DNA of 64,000 nucleotides from a virus (IMGVR_UViG_3300005937_000003:1-64000); one strand, 5' to 3'. Shown: positions 52,974 through 62,207, numbered from the stretch's first letter. Program-made: numbers and translations. The notes: generated from the sequence alone by a model not told the origin.

Positions 52974-54144
52974 GCCGCGCCGCGTCGAGCAGTTGTGTCA
53001 GCACCTCGTACAGGGCGCGGAACTCACGCTTGATCTCGGCCTGGCGGCGCGTCGTCGTCGCGGGGTCAGCTAGCTCGGCGTCGCGCTGCTCGACCCAGGC
53101 CCGCGTGGCCCAGATGGTCGCCTCCAGCAGCGTCGGCATCAGCCGAACTCGACCAGCGTCTCGTGCAGGCGAATCAGATGGCTCACCAGCGTCGCGTAGC
53201 CCTGGTCCTTGTGCTCGTCCAGGGCGCGGGCGGCGTCGCGGATCTTGCGCAGACGCTCGATCTCGGGCCAGGCGTCCTCGGTCAGCTTCTTCTGCCACTG
53301 GTCGCACTCGGCCTGCAGGTCCGCGATCTGGATGTCGCGACGGTCGATGGCGTCCGCCCGCCCGTCGGCCAGTTCGCGCAGCTTGTCGCGCTCGCCCTCG
53401 GTGTGCCGCAGCAGGCCTTCGAGTTCGTACTTGGTCAGCTTGCTCAGCACGGGCCTCACCGCCGCGTCTCCTCCAGCACCGTGATGGCCTCGCGCCGCAG
53501 GTCGGACAGCGGGCCGTCGCGCAGGCCGCCGACGTCGCGGTCTAGCTGGTCCAGCAGTCGCAGCAGGACGCTGCGCACGCGCTCGTGGTCGGCCTGGCGC
53601 GGGTCGCCCATGCCCGCTGCGTCGATCTGGGCCTGCAGGTGCGCGGCGGCGCCTGCCACACGCTGCGCCCAGCCCGCGAACGTGTCGTCGCCGCTCATCC
53701 CACCCTGGCGTGGCCGTACACGAGCGAGCGGTAGACGGGCACGCGCCTGGCGTGGGCGTTCGGCCTGGTCGAGGCGATGGTGCGCTCGGTGCGCTTGATG
53801 ATCTTGCGGCGCACGCCCTCCATCCACAGCCCGCCGATGACGTTCGGGTGCGCCTCGGCAGGCAGCGGCGGCAGCACCTCCCACAGGTCGTCGGTGGTGA
53901 TCTCCTCGTGCTCGCGGGCAAGCTGGTACAGCAGCGTGAAGGCGACCGTGCGCCAGTTCTCGGGCGTGTTGTCCCAGGCCTGCTGGATGCCCTCGTCGCG
54001 GCGCTCGTGGCCATTCTTGGCGGGCAGCTTGACGTGTGGCGGCGGCTTGGTCACCTCGACCACCTGGCGGTCTTCTGGCCACAGGTCGGGGAACAGCGGC
54101 TCGGCCATCCAGCGCGCCGTCGTGCCAAGGGGTTGGTCGGCCAT
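52966..54144 (-). other. Four hypothetical ORFs (52966-53139, 53139-53459, 53456-53698, 53695-54144)
   Basis: Coupled ORFs; the last has the phage-conserved ..G..I..T..SRP..H.R.V.VYRS motif. Confidence 0.55.
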
Positions 54145-54154
54145 CAGATCCTCC

Positions 54155-54904
54155 TCACCCCGCGACTCCCTGGCTGCGCTCATACTCGACGCCCTTGCGG
54201 AAGCAGTCTATGCACAGGACGCTGCTGAAGCGACGGGTGGAGATCGTGCGCAACTTGGCGATGGTCCACGTCTGGCCAGGCTTGCCGTCTTTCGGGGGGA
54301 AGCTGACGGCTGCCAGGGGCTGGCCGCACTCCATACACTTGGGAGGTCTGGCGGTCGGTTGGTCTGGCGCCTGTGCGGGAGGCGTCTGCGGGGCCGCTGT
54401 GCCGCCAGGCAGCGCGGCTGGCCTGGGAGCCGTCCCGTTGGCCTTGGACGCGCCTGCGCGCCCTGTGCGGCCGTTCTGGGTGGCCTGTGGCGGCACGCCC
54501 TCGTGCCAGGTGGCGTGGCTGACCATCAGGTACAGGCCGACGCCCAGCAGCGAGGCGCACTTCTTCATCGCGTCGGTGGCCGCACCCTTGTGGTCGTCGG
54601 CCAGGTTGGTCGGCGGCCCGCCGTTCTTGGGGCGCTTGATCTTCTGGCCGCCGAACTGTTGACGGGTGATCCACTGGCCGCCGACCCAGGCGCGAAGCTC
54701 GCCCAGCGCGACCACCTCGTCCGCCTCGGCGTCCACGTGGAACTGGACCACGCTGTACATCCACTGCCCGACGCCCAGCACGTGGTTCAGGCGCTTGGCG
54801 ACCTGCTCGCCCGAGAGGAACGGGCCGAACACCCCGTCAGCGGTGTAGTAGCCCTCGAATGGGGCGGCCAGGTCGTCGTACAGCGCCTTCTCATCCGCGT
54901 CCAC
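54155..54904 (-). CDS. Rad52/Rad22-family single-strand annealing protein (Sak-like)
   Basis: V.KRLN.VLG..W..KGAATDAMKKCASLLGVGLYL. Confidence 0.9.
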   Translation of the reverse strand: MDADEKALYDDLAAPFEGYYTADGVFGPFLSGEQVAKRLNHVLGVGQWMYSVVQFHVDAEADEVVALGELRAWVGGQWITRQQFGGQKIKRPKNGGPPTNLADDHKGAATDAMKKCASLLGVGLYLMVSHATWHEGVPPQATQNGRTGRAGASKANGTAPRPAALPGGTAAPQTPPAQAPDQPTARPPKCMECGQPLAAVSFPPKDGKPGQTWTIAKLRTISTRRFSSVLCIDCFRKGVEYERSQGVAG

Positions 54905-55136
54905 GCGCCACCTCCTGCTCGCTGGCGACGGTGGCCAGCATCTCGGCCACGACCTTCTGCACGATCAGGCTGTCCAGCGCCTGGTCCTGCGGGTCCAAGA
55001 TGGCCCACTTCGAGCGGTGGCGGTCCACGTCGCGGTGCTGCTCCTGCATCGCGGTGAACCAGGCGTGCCACAGCGCCCGCGCCGCATCCTCGGTGCGCGA
55101 CCAGGCAATCAGCGCGTCCATCTCAAGCGTCGGCAT
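54891..55136 (-). CDS. Hypothetical protein
   Basis: 81 aa coupled ORF. Confidence 0.5.
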   Translation of the reverse strand: MPTLEMDALIAWSRTEDAARALWHAWFTAMQEQHRDVDRHRSKWAILDPQDQALDSLIVQKVVAEMLATVASEQEVARGRG

Positions 55137-55695
55137 CGCTGACCTCCACGCCCTCGACGCCGCTGTCGGCCACCTGGCGCAGCTTCTCGATCATGACGTC
55201 CATCTCGTCGGCGGTCGGCTTCTCACCGTTGCCGCCCGTGGCGGGCACGCTCTTGCGACGGCGGCCTGGCCCCGCCTGGATGTCCCTGTACTCGGGCGTG
55301 GGCTGCTCGTCCCAGCCAGGGTGCTTGGCGTCCATCTCGTTCAGGTCGCCCAGGTCCATCGGCTCAGGCCCAGGCTCGGTGGGCACCTCCTCGCGGGCGA
55401 CGATGCCACGGTCCAGTGCCACCTGGCCGATGCTGGCCAGCCACTTCAGGCGCTCGTACTCGGCCTCGGGCACGCCCACCAGGCCCGTCTGCCGCTCGAA
55501 CTCAGCGCGTGCGCGCTCGCCCGCGACGCTCAGGTCGTCGTCGTACGCGTGCACCTCGACCTGACGCACCCCGCTCGCCAGGTTGGTGATCTTGACGCCA
55601 GGCTGCTCGCGGCGCGCACGAGCGGCCAGCGTCCTCTCGACCGTGCGCATCAGGCGCTCGGCCTTCCCCGTCAGGGGCTGCTTCTCGTCAGTCAT
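55123..55695 (-). CDS. Hypothetical protein
   Basis: 190 aa, SD AGGAG. Confidence 0.6.
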   Translation of the reverse strand: MTDEKQPLTGKAERLMRTVERTLAARARREQPGVKITNLASGVRQVEVHAYDDDLSVAGERARAEFERQTGLVGVPEAEYERLKWLASIGQVALDRGIVAREEVPTEPGPEPMDLGDLNEMDAKHPGWDEQPTPEYRDIQAGPGRRRKSVPATGGNGEKPTADEMDVMIEKLRQVADSGVEGVEVSDADA

Positions 55696-55774
55696 CTCGC
55701 TGTTATGCTCCTACGGCTGCACTGGGTGGGAACGTGCCGCGCTTGGTGCCCCCGCCCAGTGTGGTCTTGCCACT

Positions 55775-56101
55775 TCAGGCCGTGGCGGCCGCCAGTTCGC
55801 GATGGCGCAGGCGCTCCTCCGCAAGCGTGCGGTCGCGGCTGCCGACGCTCTTGTGGCGTGGTTCGATGGTGCCCGCAGGCACCCCCAATAGCCGCTCGCA
55901 CCTGGCCCACAGGCCAGGCTGGGGCGGACGGTACAGCGGATTGGTCGGGTTCAGCCGCATGCGGTACAGGTAGTTGCGACTGATGCCCAGTTGCTCGGGC
56001 AGCCACTCGGTCTGCCTGCCCTGCTGCATCAAAATCTCCTCCAGTCGGCGCCCTTGAGGCGACCAATCGGCTGGCGGCGGGGAAACTCGTGATCGTGGCA
56101 T
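55775..56101 (-). CDS. Cro/XRE-family HTH regulator
   Basis: LEEILMQQGRQTEWLPEQLGISRNYLYRM..ERLLGVP; operator box directly upstream. Confidence 0.75.
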   Translation of the reverse strand: MPRSRVSPPPADWSPQGRRLEEILMQQGRQTEWLPEQLGISRNYLYRMRLNPTNPLYRPPQPGLWARCERLLGVPAGTIEPRHKSVGSRDRTLAEERLRHRELAAATA

Positions 56102-56150
56102 ACGCCGAATAGTAACCGATCAGGGTGACAATTCCTACTTTTGTACACGA

Positions 56151-56186
56151 AAAAGCCCCGACCCGTAGGGATCGGGGCGCGCTTTT
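56151..56186. terminator. Intrinsic (possibly bidirectional) terminator
   Basis: AAAAG-CCCCGACCC-gta-GGGATCGGGG-CGCGCTTTT. Confidence 0.65.
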
Positions 56187-56203
56187 CGTTAGTTTTCTGC
56201 GGG

Positions 56204-56449
56204 TTACGGCTGCATGAGCGCCTTGCGCAGCGCCTTGCGGATGGCCTGGCTCGCGCCCGCCATGTCGTCCAGCGCCTGCAGGTAGCCGTCCTCGTAGCCC
56301 GCCGCGTAGTCCAGGCGCGACGTCTTGTTGTCGCCGCGCTTGGTGTTGGAGGCGACGTAGGCAGCCTCGATCTTGGCGGGCAGATGCGCTGCCCTGCGCG
56401 TGCGGACCTGGCCGTTACTCGTCGGCGTCGGTGCCGTTGCCGTTGTCAT
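56204..56449 (-). CDS. Hypothetical protein
   Basis: SD GAGGGA; DYAAGYEDGY motif. Confidence 0.55.
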   Translation of the reverse strand: MTTATAPTPTSNGQVRTRRAAHLPAKIEAAYVASNTKRGDNKTSRLDYAAGYEDGYLQALDDMAGASQAIRKALRKALMQP

Positions 56450-57389
56450 TGGTTCCCTCCTCATCGAGCCAGCCTGTGACGTCGGTCCAGCGGTTGGCCA
56501 CCTCGGCCAGGCGGCGCCTGTGCTCCTTCTCCTCCTCGGTCGCCTCGTTCCACACAGCGTCGTCGCGCAGCGCCTCGACCTCGCCCGTGATCAGCGTGAC
56601 GAGCACGGTCGGGTCGAGCGCGTCCAGTTCCCACGAGTCGGTCTGCCCCGTCGCCGCGACGTACTCCCCGTAGCGCGAGTCGGTCTGCTTGGCGGGGTTG
56701 GGCGGCGGCGCGTACTGGGCGATCTGCGGCGGGTTGAGCGCGATGCGCTTGAAGTGCAGCTTCGAGTAGTCCTTGCCCACGTGGCGGCGTACGTACTGCT
56801 GCAGGCGGCCGCCGTTGTCGTCGGTCATGTTCAGGCCCGACGGGTCGTGGTCGCCCAGGTGCAGGACGGTCACCTCCTTGCCGTCCTTGATGTAGCGCAC
56901 CAGGCGCTGGCTGGCCTGCCAGATCTCGCTGCTGGAGACGTAGCCGCGACATGCGAAGTGCGGGATATCCACCGCGTCGGCGGCCTGCTGGACGATGCCC
57001 GACAGGGCCTCCTTCTCGACCCACACCTCGACCACGTGGTCGGCCTCGGCCCACTTGTCCAGGCGGAACTGCTTGGCCACGGCGTCGAGGATCTCCTCGG
57101 GATCGGCCCAGTGCGGCAGCGCCTGCAGGTTGCGCGTGCGGTCCACGAGGTAGTCCCAGTCCATGTAGCCGTTCTCGCGGGCCTTGACGCACACGCGGCC
57201 CAGCAGGTCGTAGTTCTCCTGCTTGTTGGCCAGCAGGCCGCGAGCGACGAACTGGTAGTACAACTGGCGCAGCGTCAGGTCGTAGCCCTGCGCCAGGTAC
57301 TGGGCGCAGATGGCGTTGGCCTCGTTGATGATGGCCTCGTACTTGGCGTTGGGCACCCAGCCCGACTGCTCGTAGTCGATCAGCGGCAT
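56415..57389 (-). CDS. Topoisomerase VI-A / JetD-like HTH + TOPRIM protein
   Basis: TLRQLYY, EVWVEKEAL, CRGY.S, LHLGDHDPSG, WELDAL motifs. Confidence 0.85.
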   Translation of the reverse strand: MPLIDYEQSGWVPNAKYEAIINEANAICAQYLAQGYDLTLRQLYYQFVARGLLANKQENYDLLGRVCVKARENGYMDWDYLVDRTRNLQALPHWADPEEILDAVAKQFRLDKWAEADHVVEVWVEKEALSGIVQQAADAVDIPHFACRGYVSSSEIWQASQRLVRYIKDGKEVTVLHLGDHDPSGLNMTDDNGGRLQQYVRRHVGKDYSKLHFKRIALNPPQIAQYAPPPNPAKQTDSRYGEYVAATGQTDSWELDALDPTVLVTLITGEVEALRDDAVWNEATEEEKEHRRRLAEVANRWTDVTGWLDEEGTNDNGNGTDADE

Positions 57390-57712
57390 CAGCGCTCTCC
57401 CCGCAGCCAGGCCTCGGCCTCGTCGGCCACGACCGTCTTGGTGTTGATGGCGGCGCGTAGTTCGACGTACTTGGCGGCCCGCTCGGCCTCGTCGGGGATG
57501 CTCGCGATGCCCTGCAGCACCCTGGCGGGCGCGCTGGTGATGCCCAGTTCCCAGGCCACCTGGCTGCGCTTGTAGCCGTCGATCAGGTTGCCTTCCTCGT
57601 CCACGAGGATGGCGCCGAGACTGTCGTCCCAGCCGTTGGTGCGCATGTGGCGCGTCAGGTCGTCGTGCTGCTCACGCGACATAGTCGGATACGGTTCGGG
57701 TGACCACTTCAC
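57389..57712 (-). CDS. ParB/Srx-like N-terminal domain protein
   Basis: SD AAGGAGG; L...MR.NG...AILVDEEGNLIDGYKR..A.ELG motif. Confidence 0.7.
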   Translation of the reverse strand: MKWSPEPYPTMSREQHDDLTRHMRTNGWDDSLGAILVDEEGNLIDGYKRSQVAWELGITSAPARVLQGIASIPDEAERAAKYVELRAAINTKTVVADEAEAWLRGER

Positions 57713-57838
57713 GCGGTTCTTCCCCTCCTTTTGGGCTTGCCCAACGCATCTCGGTGGGCATGCCCCAGATAGTACACGATCTGGGTGACATTGCAACACC
57801 CAATTCGGGCAGGCCCGCGTCGCGGTCCGCAGCCGCAG

Positions 57839-58768
57839 CTACTTGAGCTTGGGGAAGGCCTCCTCGCGGCCGTCGCGCCACCTGATGGTCTTGACGCGCT
57901 CGCCCGCCCGCCAGAAGTTCCAGGCCTTGATGATCCAGGCCGCCACGCGCTCCTGCTGGGCGACGGTCATGCTGCGCGAGGCAAGCAGCAGCAGTTGGTT
58001 GCGCAAGATCAGCAGCGGGCTGTCGGCGGGCAGGTTCGAGCCACGCGACACACCACGCTGGAACTCCTCGGCACTGTCGTAGCTCAGGCGCGACATGCGC
58101 AGCAGGATGGCCGCCCACAGGGCGCCCCCGCCCGCCACGCTCTGGCGACTCATGTAGGTGGCCCACTCCAGCGGCGCACTCAGATCGGTGTACGTCGTGC
58201 GCATGGCGTGCTCGATCTCCAGCGGGCCGTACTGGCGCTTCCTGATGGGCATCGACCAGGGGTCATCGGACTGCTCCCAGTTCAGCAGCAGGCGCATCGC
58301 GTGCGGCCGCAGCTTGGGATAGTCCCAGCCCTTGATGGCCATCACGTCGGAGCGCGAGCGGCTGCGGCCCGTGTCGATAGCGCCCACGGCCTCGTTGGGC
58401 AGGCCAAAGGCGAAGTACAGGTCGGTCGCCTTGTCGCGAATGACCACGCCCGTCAGGCGGTGCTGGCCATTCAGCAGCCAGCCCTCCTCCGAGAATTGGA
58501 GCGGGTCACGCGTGTCCCACCATTGCCCCAGGTCCATGCGCCTGGCGAGTTCCTGCGCCCAGGTCTTACTCAGCGGACGGTTCTCACGCGTCCGCGTGAG
58601 CCAGGCGGCGGCCATCTCGGGCGTGACCGTGATACGCACGACTCCCTCGGTCGGGTAGCCGTCGATGGGGAACTGGCCCCACGTGTCCTCAGCGGGCACA
58701 CTGGCGCGAATGCGCCCAGCGGCCGATGGTTGCACCTGGCCCTGGCCAGGCATAGGTTGGGATTGCAT
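57839..58768 (-). CDS. ParB-like (DGQHR-type) domain protein
   Basis: VTPEMAAAWL..NRPL..W..LLNGQHRL..DTGRSRS..D; start uncertain. Confidence 0.7.
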   Translation of the reverse strand: MQSQPMPGQGQVQPSAAGRIRASVPAEDTWGQFPIDGYPTEGVVRITVTPEMAAAWLTRTRENRPLSKTWAQELARRMDLGQWWDTRDPLQFSEEGWLLNGQHRLTGVVIRDKATDLYFAFGLPNEAVGAIDTGRSRSRSDVMAIKGWDYPKLRPHAMRLLLNWEQSDDPWSMPIRKRQYGPLEIEHAMRTTYTDLSAPLEWATYMSRQSVAGGGALWAAILLRMSRLSYDSAEEFQRGVSRGSNLPADSPLLILRNQLLLLASRSMTVAQQERVAAWIIKAWNFWRAGERVKTIRWRDGREEAFPKLK

Positions 58769-58872
58769 CAGAGGAAAAAGCCTCCTCGATGGCGGGATGT
58801 GGCCGCCTGGTACGCGGCCTGCCCGCAAGCGTACACCCCGGTCGCCCCGGGGTGTAGCTTCCCACCCAACGA

Positions 58873-60006
58873 TTAGTTGCGTTGCTCGGTCAGCAGTGCG
58901 GTGATGTCGTGCTTAGGCATGGCCAGCAGGTTGCCGCCGATCTGCTGCATCTCGACGCTGCGGTCGTAGCTCTCGACGTCCTGCGCGGCCCGTGTGATCG
59001 AGTTGACCAGGCCCCACAGGTTCAGTTCGGCGCTCTCGATGAAGTGGCCCTGCGCCGCCTTGCCCTCCTCGTTGGTCAGGCGGAAGCGCTCGGTCACGTT
59101 CTTGATGACGTTCTCGACCTGGGTGCCCTTGATCGGCACCTCGGCCGCGTCTTGCGCCCGCTGGGCGATCTTGTCGAGGAACTCGTCGGACATGGCGTGC
59201 ACCATCAGGTCGCGCATCTCCATGATGGTCAGTTCGTTGCGCGCCTTCTGGGTGTCGGTCTGCCACACGATGCCCGCGTCGCCGTTGTTGCGCCCGCCCA
59301 CGTGAAACCGTCGCTGGGCGTACTCGGTGATGACCAGGCCGTTCGAGCACACCTGGCGGAAGACCAGCGGCTGGACGCTGAAGCTGCCCAGGCCGACCTC
59401 GCTGTTGGTGATGACCACACCGCGCTGGAGGATGTCGTCCACCTTGGCGTGGGTGCCCGCCTTGATGACCTTGGGCTTCGAGGTGTCCACCAGTTGCAAG
59501 TACATGCGCTGGTCGGTCACCTGCAGGCTCGACTGGTCCCAGTTGACGGCGGGCAGCTTCTGGATGACGGGCAGCAAGCGCACGAGGATCTCAAGGTTAT
59601 CCATCTGGCGGTAGCGGTCGCTCAGGAAGCCCCGCGTCTCACCGAACAGCGTGCGCACCAGGCGCGTGTCGTCGGCGCACGAGCGCAGCAGGCCGTTGAC
59701 CAGCGTGTCGTACAGCGCCAGGCTGGGGTCGTTGGGGTCGCGGATGGTGTCGGTGTTGCGCAGCACGTGGTCGTAGAAGGCCTTGGGGATGCCCAGGTAG
59801 CTGGCGATCTGGCCGTGCGCGATGGGGTTGATGGGCAGCGGCTGAAGCTCGTCGCCTCGGCTGTCCTCCACCTCGCGCAGCACCAGGCTGGTGTGCCCGT
59901 TGGTCTGCACGTCAAGCAACTTGACAGGCGCCAGGTAGTCGGCCTTGGCGTTGTCACGCTTCTGGACTTCGGTCGCGAAGTCGGTCAATGTGAGTCCCTG
60001 TTTCAC
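58873..60006 (-). CDS. DUF932-family protein
   Basis: LSDRYR.MDN, GVVITNSEVGLGSFSV.P..FRQVCSNGL. Confidence 0.8.
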   Translation of the reverse strand: MKQGLTLTDFATEVQKRDNAKADYLAPVKLLDVQTNGHTSLVLREVEDSRGDELQPLPINPIAHGQIASYLGIPKAFYDHVLRNTDTIRDPNDPSLALYDTLVNGLLRSCADDTRLVRTLFGETRGFLSDRYRQMDNLEILVRLLPVIQKLPAVNWDQSSLQVTDQRMYLQLVDTSKPKVIKAGTHAKVDDILQRGVVITNSEVGLGSFSVQPLVFRQVCSNGLVITEYAQRRFHVGGRNNGDAGIVWQTDTQKARNELTIMEMRDLMVHAMSDEFLDKIAQRAQDAAEVPIKGTQVENVIKNVTERFRLTNEEGKAAQGHFIESAELNLWGLVNSITRAAQDVESYDRSVEMQQIGGNLLAMPKHDITALLTEQRN

Positions 60007-60031
60007 AGGTGGTTCCTTCCTGTGCGGCCCC

Positions 60032-60784
60032 TTAGCCGCAGACTAGCGCCCCGTCGGGGGCGACGCGATGAGTATAGCTTGGCGCACGTCCTGACGTCAA
60101 CCGATTCGGAGACACGTCTTCCAGCAGCGCGACGGGGCGAGGGACCAAGATGGCCCTCGCTCGCTCTGCATCAGCCTCGGTCAGGCCCGCCGTCGCATCG
60201 GTCTGCACCAGATACGGCAGCAGGCTGCCCATGCGGTCGTGGTCATCGAGGATGACGAACGTCTCGACGCGCTCGCCCAGGTAGTCGAGCACCGCCTGGA
60301 TCTCGATGCCGCGCTCGCGGGCGTCCCATTCGGGCGTCTCGCCCAGCCACGGCGTGCGGCCGATCAGGCGGCCGTGGAAGCCCGCGCTGGCCAGGTCGGA
60401 TCTCAGCGCCTCGACGCCGATCCAGCGCCACCAGCTTGACACCACGAGCACGGCGCCCGTGTCGCGGGCAAGCCTGTCCAGGCGCTCGACCAGCGGTCGC
60501 AGCAGGTTGTAGGCGCCAGCGCGGTGCTGGTTGAGCACGCCGTCGAAGTCGCAGAAGATGACGCGCAGGCCGTGGCCCTCGGCGCCGTCCAGGCGCACCT
60601 GGCGGTCGCACGTGCGGGTCGGGATGGTGCGCACGAAGGCCTGCTGCTGGGCCTGCTTGCGGGCGCGCTTCGCGGTCTTCTTGAGACGGCGGCGCTCCTT
60701 CTTGCTGAGTGCCTGCGGCGCCACGTCGGCCCAGTCGCTGAAGCTCGGCTGCCAGGTGACACCCAGGTCGTGGTCGTACTTCAC
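60032..60784 (-). CDS. HAD-superfamily phosphatase (Swiss Army Knife RNA repair-like)
   Basis: IFCDFDGVLN, VVSSWWR, TP..RG.EI, FVILDD, GLT motifs. Confidence 0.85.
   Translation of the reverse strand: MKYDHDLGVTWQPSFSDWADVAPQALSKKERRRLKKTAKRARKQAQQQAFVRTIPTRTCDRQVRLDGAEGHGLRVIFCDFDGVLNQHRAGAYNLLRPLVERLDRLARDTGAVLVVSSWWRWIGVEALRSDLASAGFHGRLIGRTPWLGETPEWDARERGIEIQAVLDYLGERVETFVILDDHDRMGSLLPYLVQTDATAGLTEADAERARAILVPRPVALLEDVSPNRLTSGRAPSYTHRVAPDGALVCG
60071..60113 (-). promoter_or_regulatory. Promoter with operator upstream of DUF932
   Basis: TTGACG-18-TATACT; box GTCAACCGATTCGGAGAC. Confidence 0.65.
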
Positions 60785-61017
60785 ACCTGGCCTCGCAGCG
60801 CGATCTGGCGGTCGGCGTTGAGCTTGGCGTTGGCAAGCGTGCTGGCGCCGACGCCCGTGTTGATGCCGTCGGGTGTGTAGAGCACCCAGGCGTCGTAAGC
60901 CTTGACGCTCACGTGTCGGAAGGGCTTGCTCTGGCCGCTGCCTTTCGAGTGTTGGCGGCGGATGGTCCAGCCATCGCGGACGTAGGTGCCGCTGGCGGTT
61001 CGGGTCCACAGATTCAT
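60781..61017 (-). CDS. Hypothetical protein
   Basis: 78 aa directly after a consensus promoter. Confidence 0.65.
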   Translation of the reverse strand: MNLWTRTASGTYVRDGWTIRRQHSKGSGQSKPFRHVSVKAYDAWVLYTPDGINTGVGASTLANAKLNADRQIALRGQV

Positions 61018-61026
61018 GGTGCGTTG

Positions 61027-61068
61027 AATATACGCGCCAAGCTCAGCGGTGTCAACAATTTCGGTGAC
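61027..61068 (-). promoter_or_regulatory. Sigma70-type promoter with operator
   Basis: TTGACA-17-TATATT; box GTCAACAATTTCGGTGAC. Confidence 0.75.
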
Positions 61069-61191
61069 ACGACGGGGCGACTGTCACGAGATTGTTATGG
61101 GCAAAGAGAAACGCCTGGCTGAGGCCCCTGATGAACCTCTGGCAGCCAGGCGCTCTCGTGCCTTATGGAGGGCACGCCCACAATACGCGGG

Positions 61192-62121
61192 CTAGCCGAT
61201 CTCCGCAAGCATCGCGGGCAGCGTGTCGGTGTAGTGCTTGGCGCCCTTGGCGTCCTGATGCGCGAACACCGCGTCGCCCTTGTGGATGCGGCACTCAATC
61301 AGCCGCCCGTCGGCCAGGCGCACCGCGTAGTGGTACTCGGCCAGCCAGTCGATCACGCCGCCTGCGGGCGTCTGCTTGCTGAGCTTGTCGGACCACTCGT
61401 TCCACACGGCCTCCTCCTCGTCGCTGCCCTCCAGCGAGGTGGTGACCTGGGCGGGCGTGATCGTGCCCGGGATGCCCGCCGCCTTGAGATCCTCGGTCGT
61501 CTCGAAGCGCTCGTCGGCCACCACCTCCACCTTGGGCGCCTTGGGCGCCTTGGGCGTGCTGGGCGCGACGGCCACGGTCTTGAGCTTCTTGCCCTTCTTG
61601 AGCGCCTGCTTGCGTAGGGCGTTCTTGCCGTAGCGCTGCTCGAAGATGGTCCTGCAGTTGTCGCAGAACGTCCACGGGCGGTTACGCGCTCGCCAGGCGG
61701 GGGCGAAGGTCTTCGAGTACAGGTCGGCCTCGTGCGTCTCGCACCTGGCCAGCCAGGCCACGTCGCTTACCTCGGGCGGCGCCTGGATGGTGTTGTCGGG
61801 ATGGTCAAGGTTGTAGATGCTGGTCAGCGAATGGACCTTGCGGTTCACGCTGCGCATCGGGCAGGCCACACCAGGCGTCCACGTGTGTGTCGTCAGGCTC
61901 GCCTCGTGGGCCTCGGCCAGCGCACCGATGGGCACGCCAGCGCTCACGGCCTTGGCCAGGCTGACCACGTCACTCGGGTCGATGACCATGCCTGCCGCTT
62001 CGGGATGCTGCTCGTTGATGTCGAAGTCGTCTTCGGGGCTGATCTGCTGGGCGTCGATATCGCCAGCCAGCGTCGGCTCGTCGTCGTTGGTGATCGTCAT
62101 GAGAGTGTCCAGGCCCTCCAT
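61192..62121 (-). CDS. Hypothetical protein with C-x2-H / C-x2-C motif
   Basis: WLARCETH..WTFCDNC; acidic N-terminus. Confidence 0.7.
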   Translation of the reverse strand: MEGLDTLMTITNDDEPTLAGDIDAQQISPEDDFDINEQHPEAAGMVIDPSDVVSLAKAVSAGVPIGALAEAHEASLTTHTWTPGVACPMRSVNRKVHSLTSIYNLDHPDNTIQAPPEVSDVAWLARCETHEADLYSKTFAPAWRARNRPWTFCDNCRTIFEQRYGKNALRKQALKKGKKLKTVAVAPSTPKAPKAPKVEVVADERFETTEDLKAAGIPGTITPAQVTTSLEGSDEEEAVWNEWSDKLSKQTPAGGVIDWLAEYHYAVRLADGRLIECRIHKGDAVFAHQDAKGAKHYTDTLPAMLAEIG

Positions 62122-62136
62122 CGGCCAGTCACGAGA

Positions 62137-62178
62137 AGATACACCCCGTCATCTGCGCTTGTCAACCAATTCGGTGTC
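62137..62178 (-). promoter_or_regulatory. Sigma70-type promoter with operator
   Basis: TTGACA-18-TATCTT; box GTCAACCAATTCGGTGTC. Confidence 0.7.
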
Positions 62179-62207
62179 ACAAGCGTGTAACGGGGCGACC
62201 TCGGTTG

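Noticed and set aside
57672-57761. Leaderless 29-aa uORF overlapping the ParB-like start
   Set aside because: Could be regulatory, but there is no supporting motif; the ParB-like gene has its own strong SD
61104-61160. CTGATGA and GAAAC on the plus strand suggesting a hammerhead ribozyme
   Set aside because: There is no NUH cleavage triplet or stems I/III in a valid permutation; the sequence is better explained by the minus-strand hairpin
243-61617. Many long plus-strand ORFs in the track (e.g. 243-1859, 30921-32948, 17502-18908, 58882-60255)
   Set aside because: They are antisense shadows of minus-strand genes caused by GC-rich codon bias; they lack recognisable motifs and SDs
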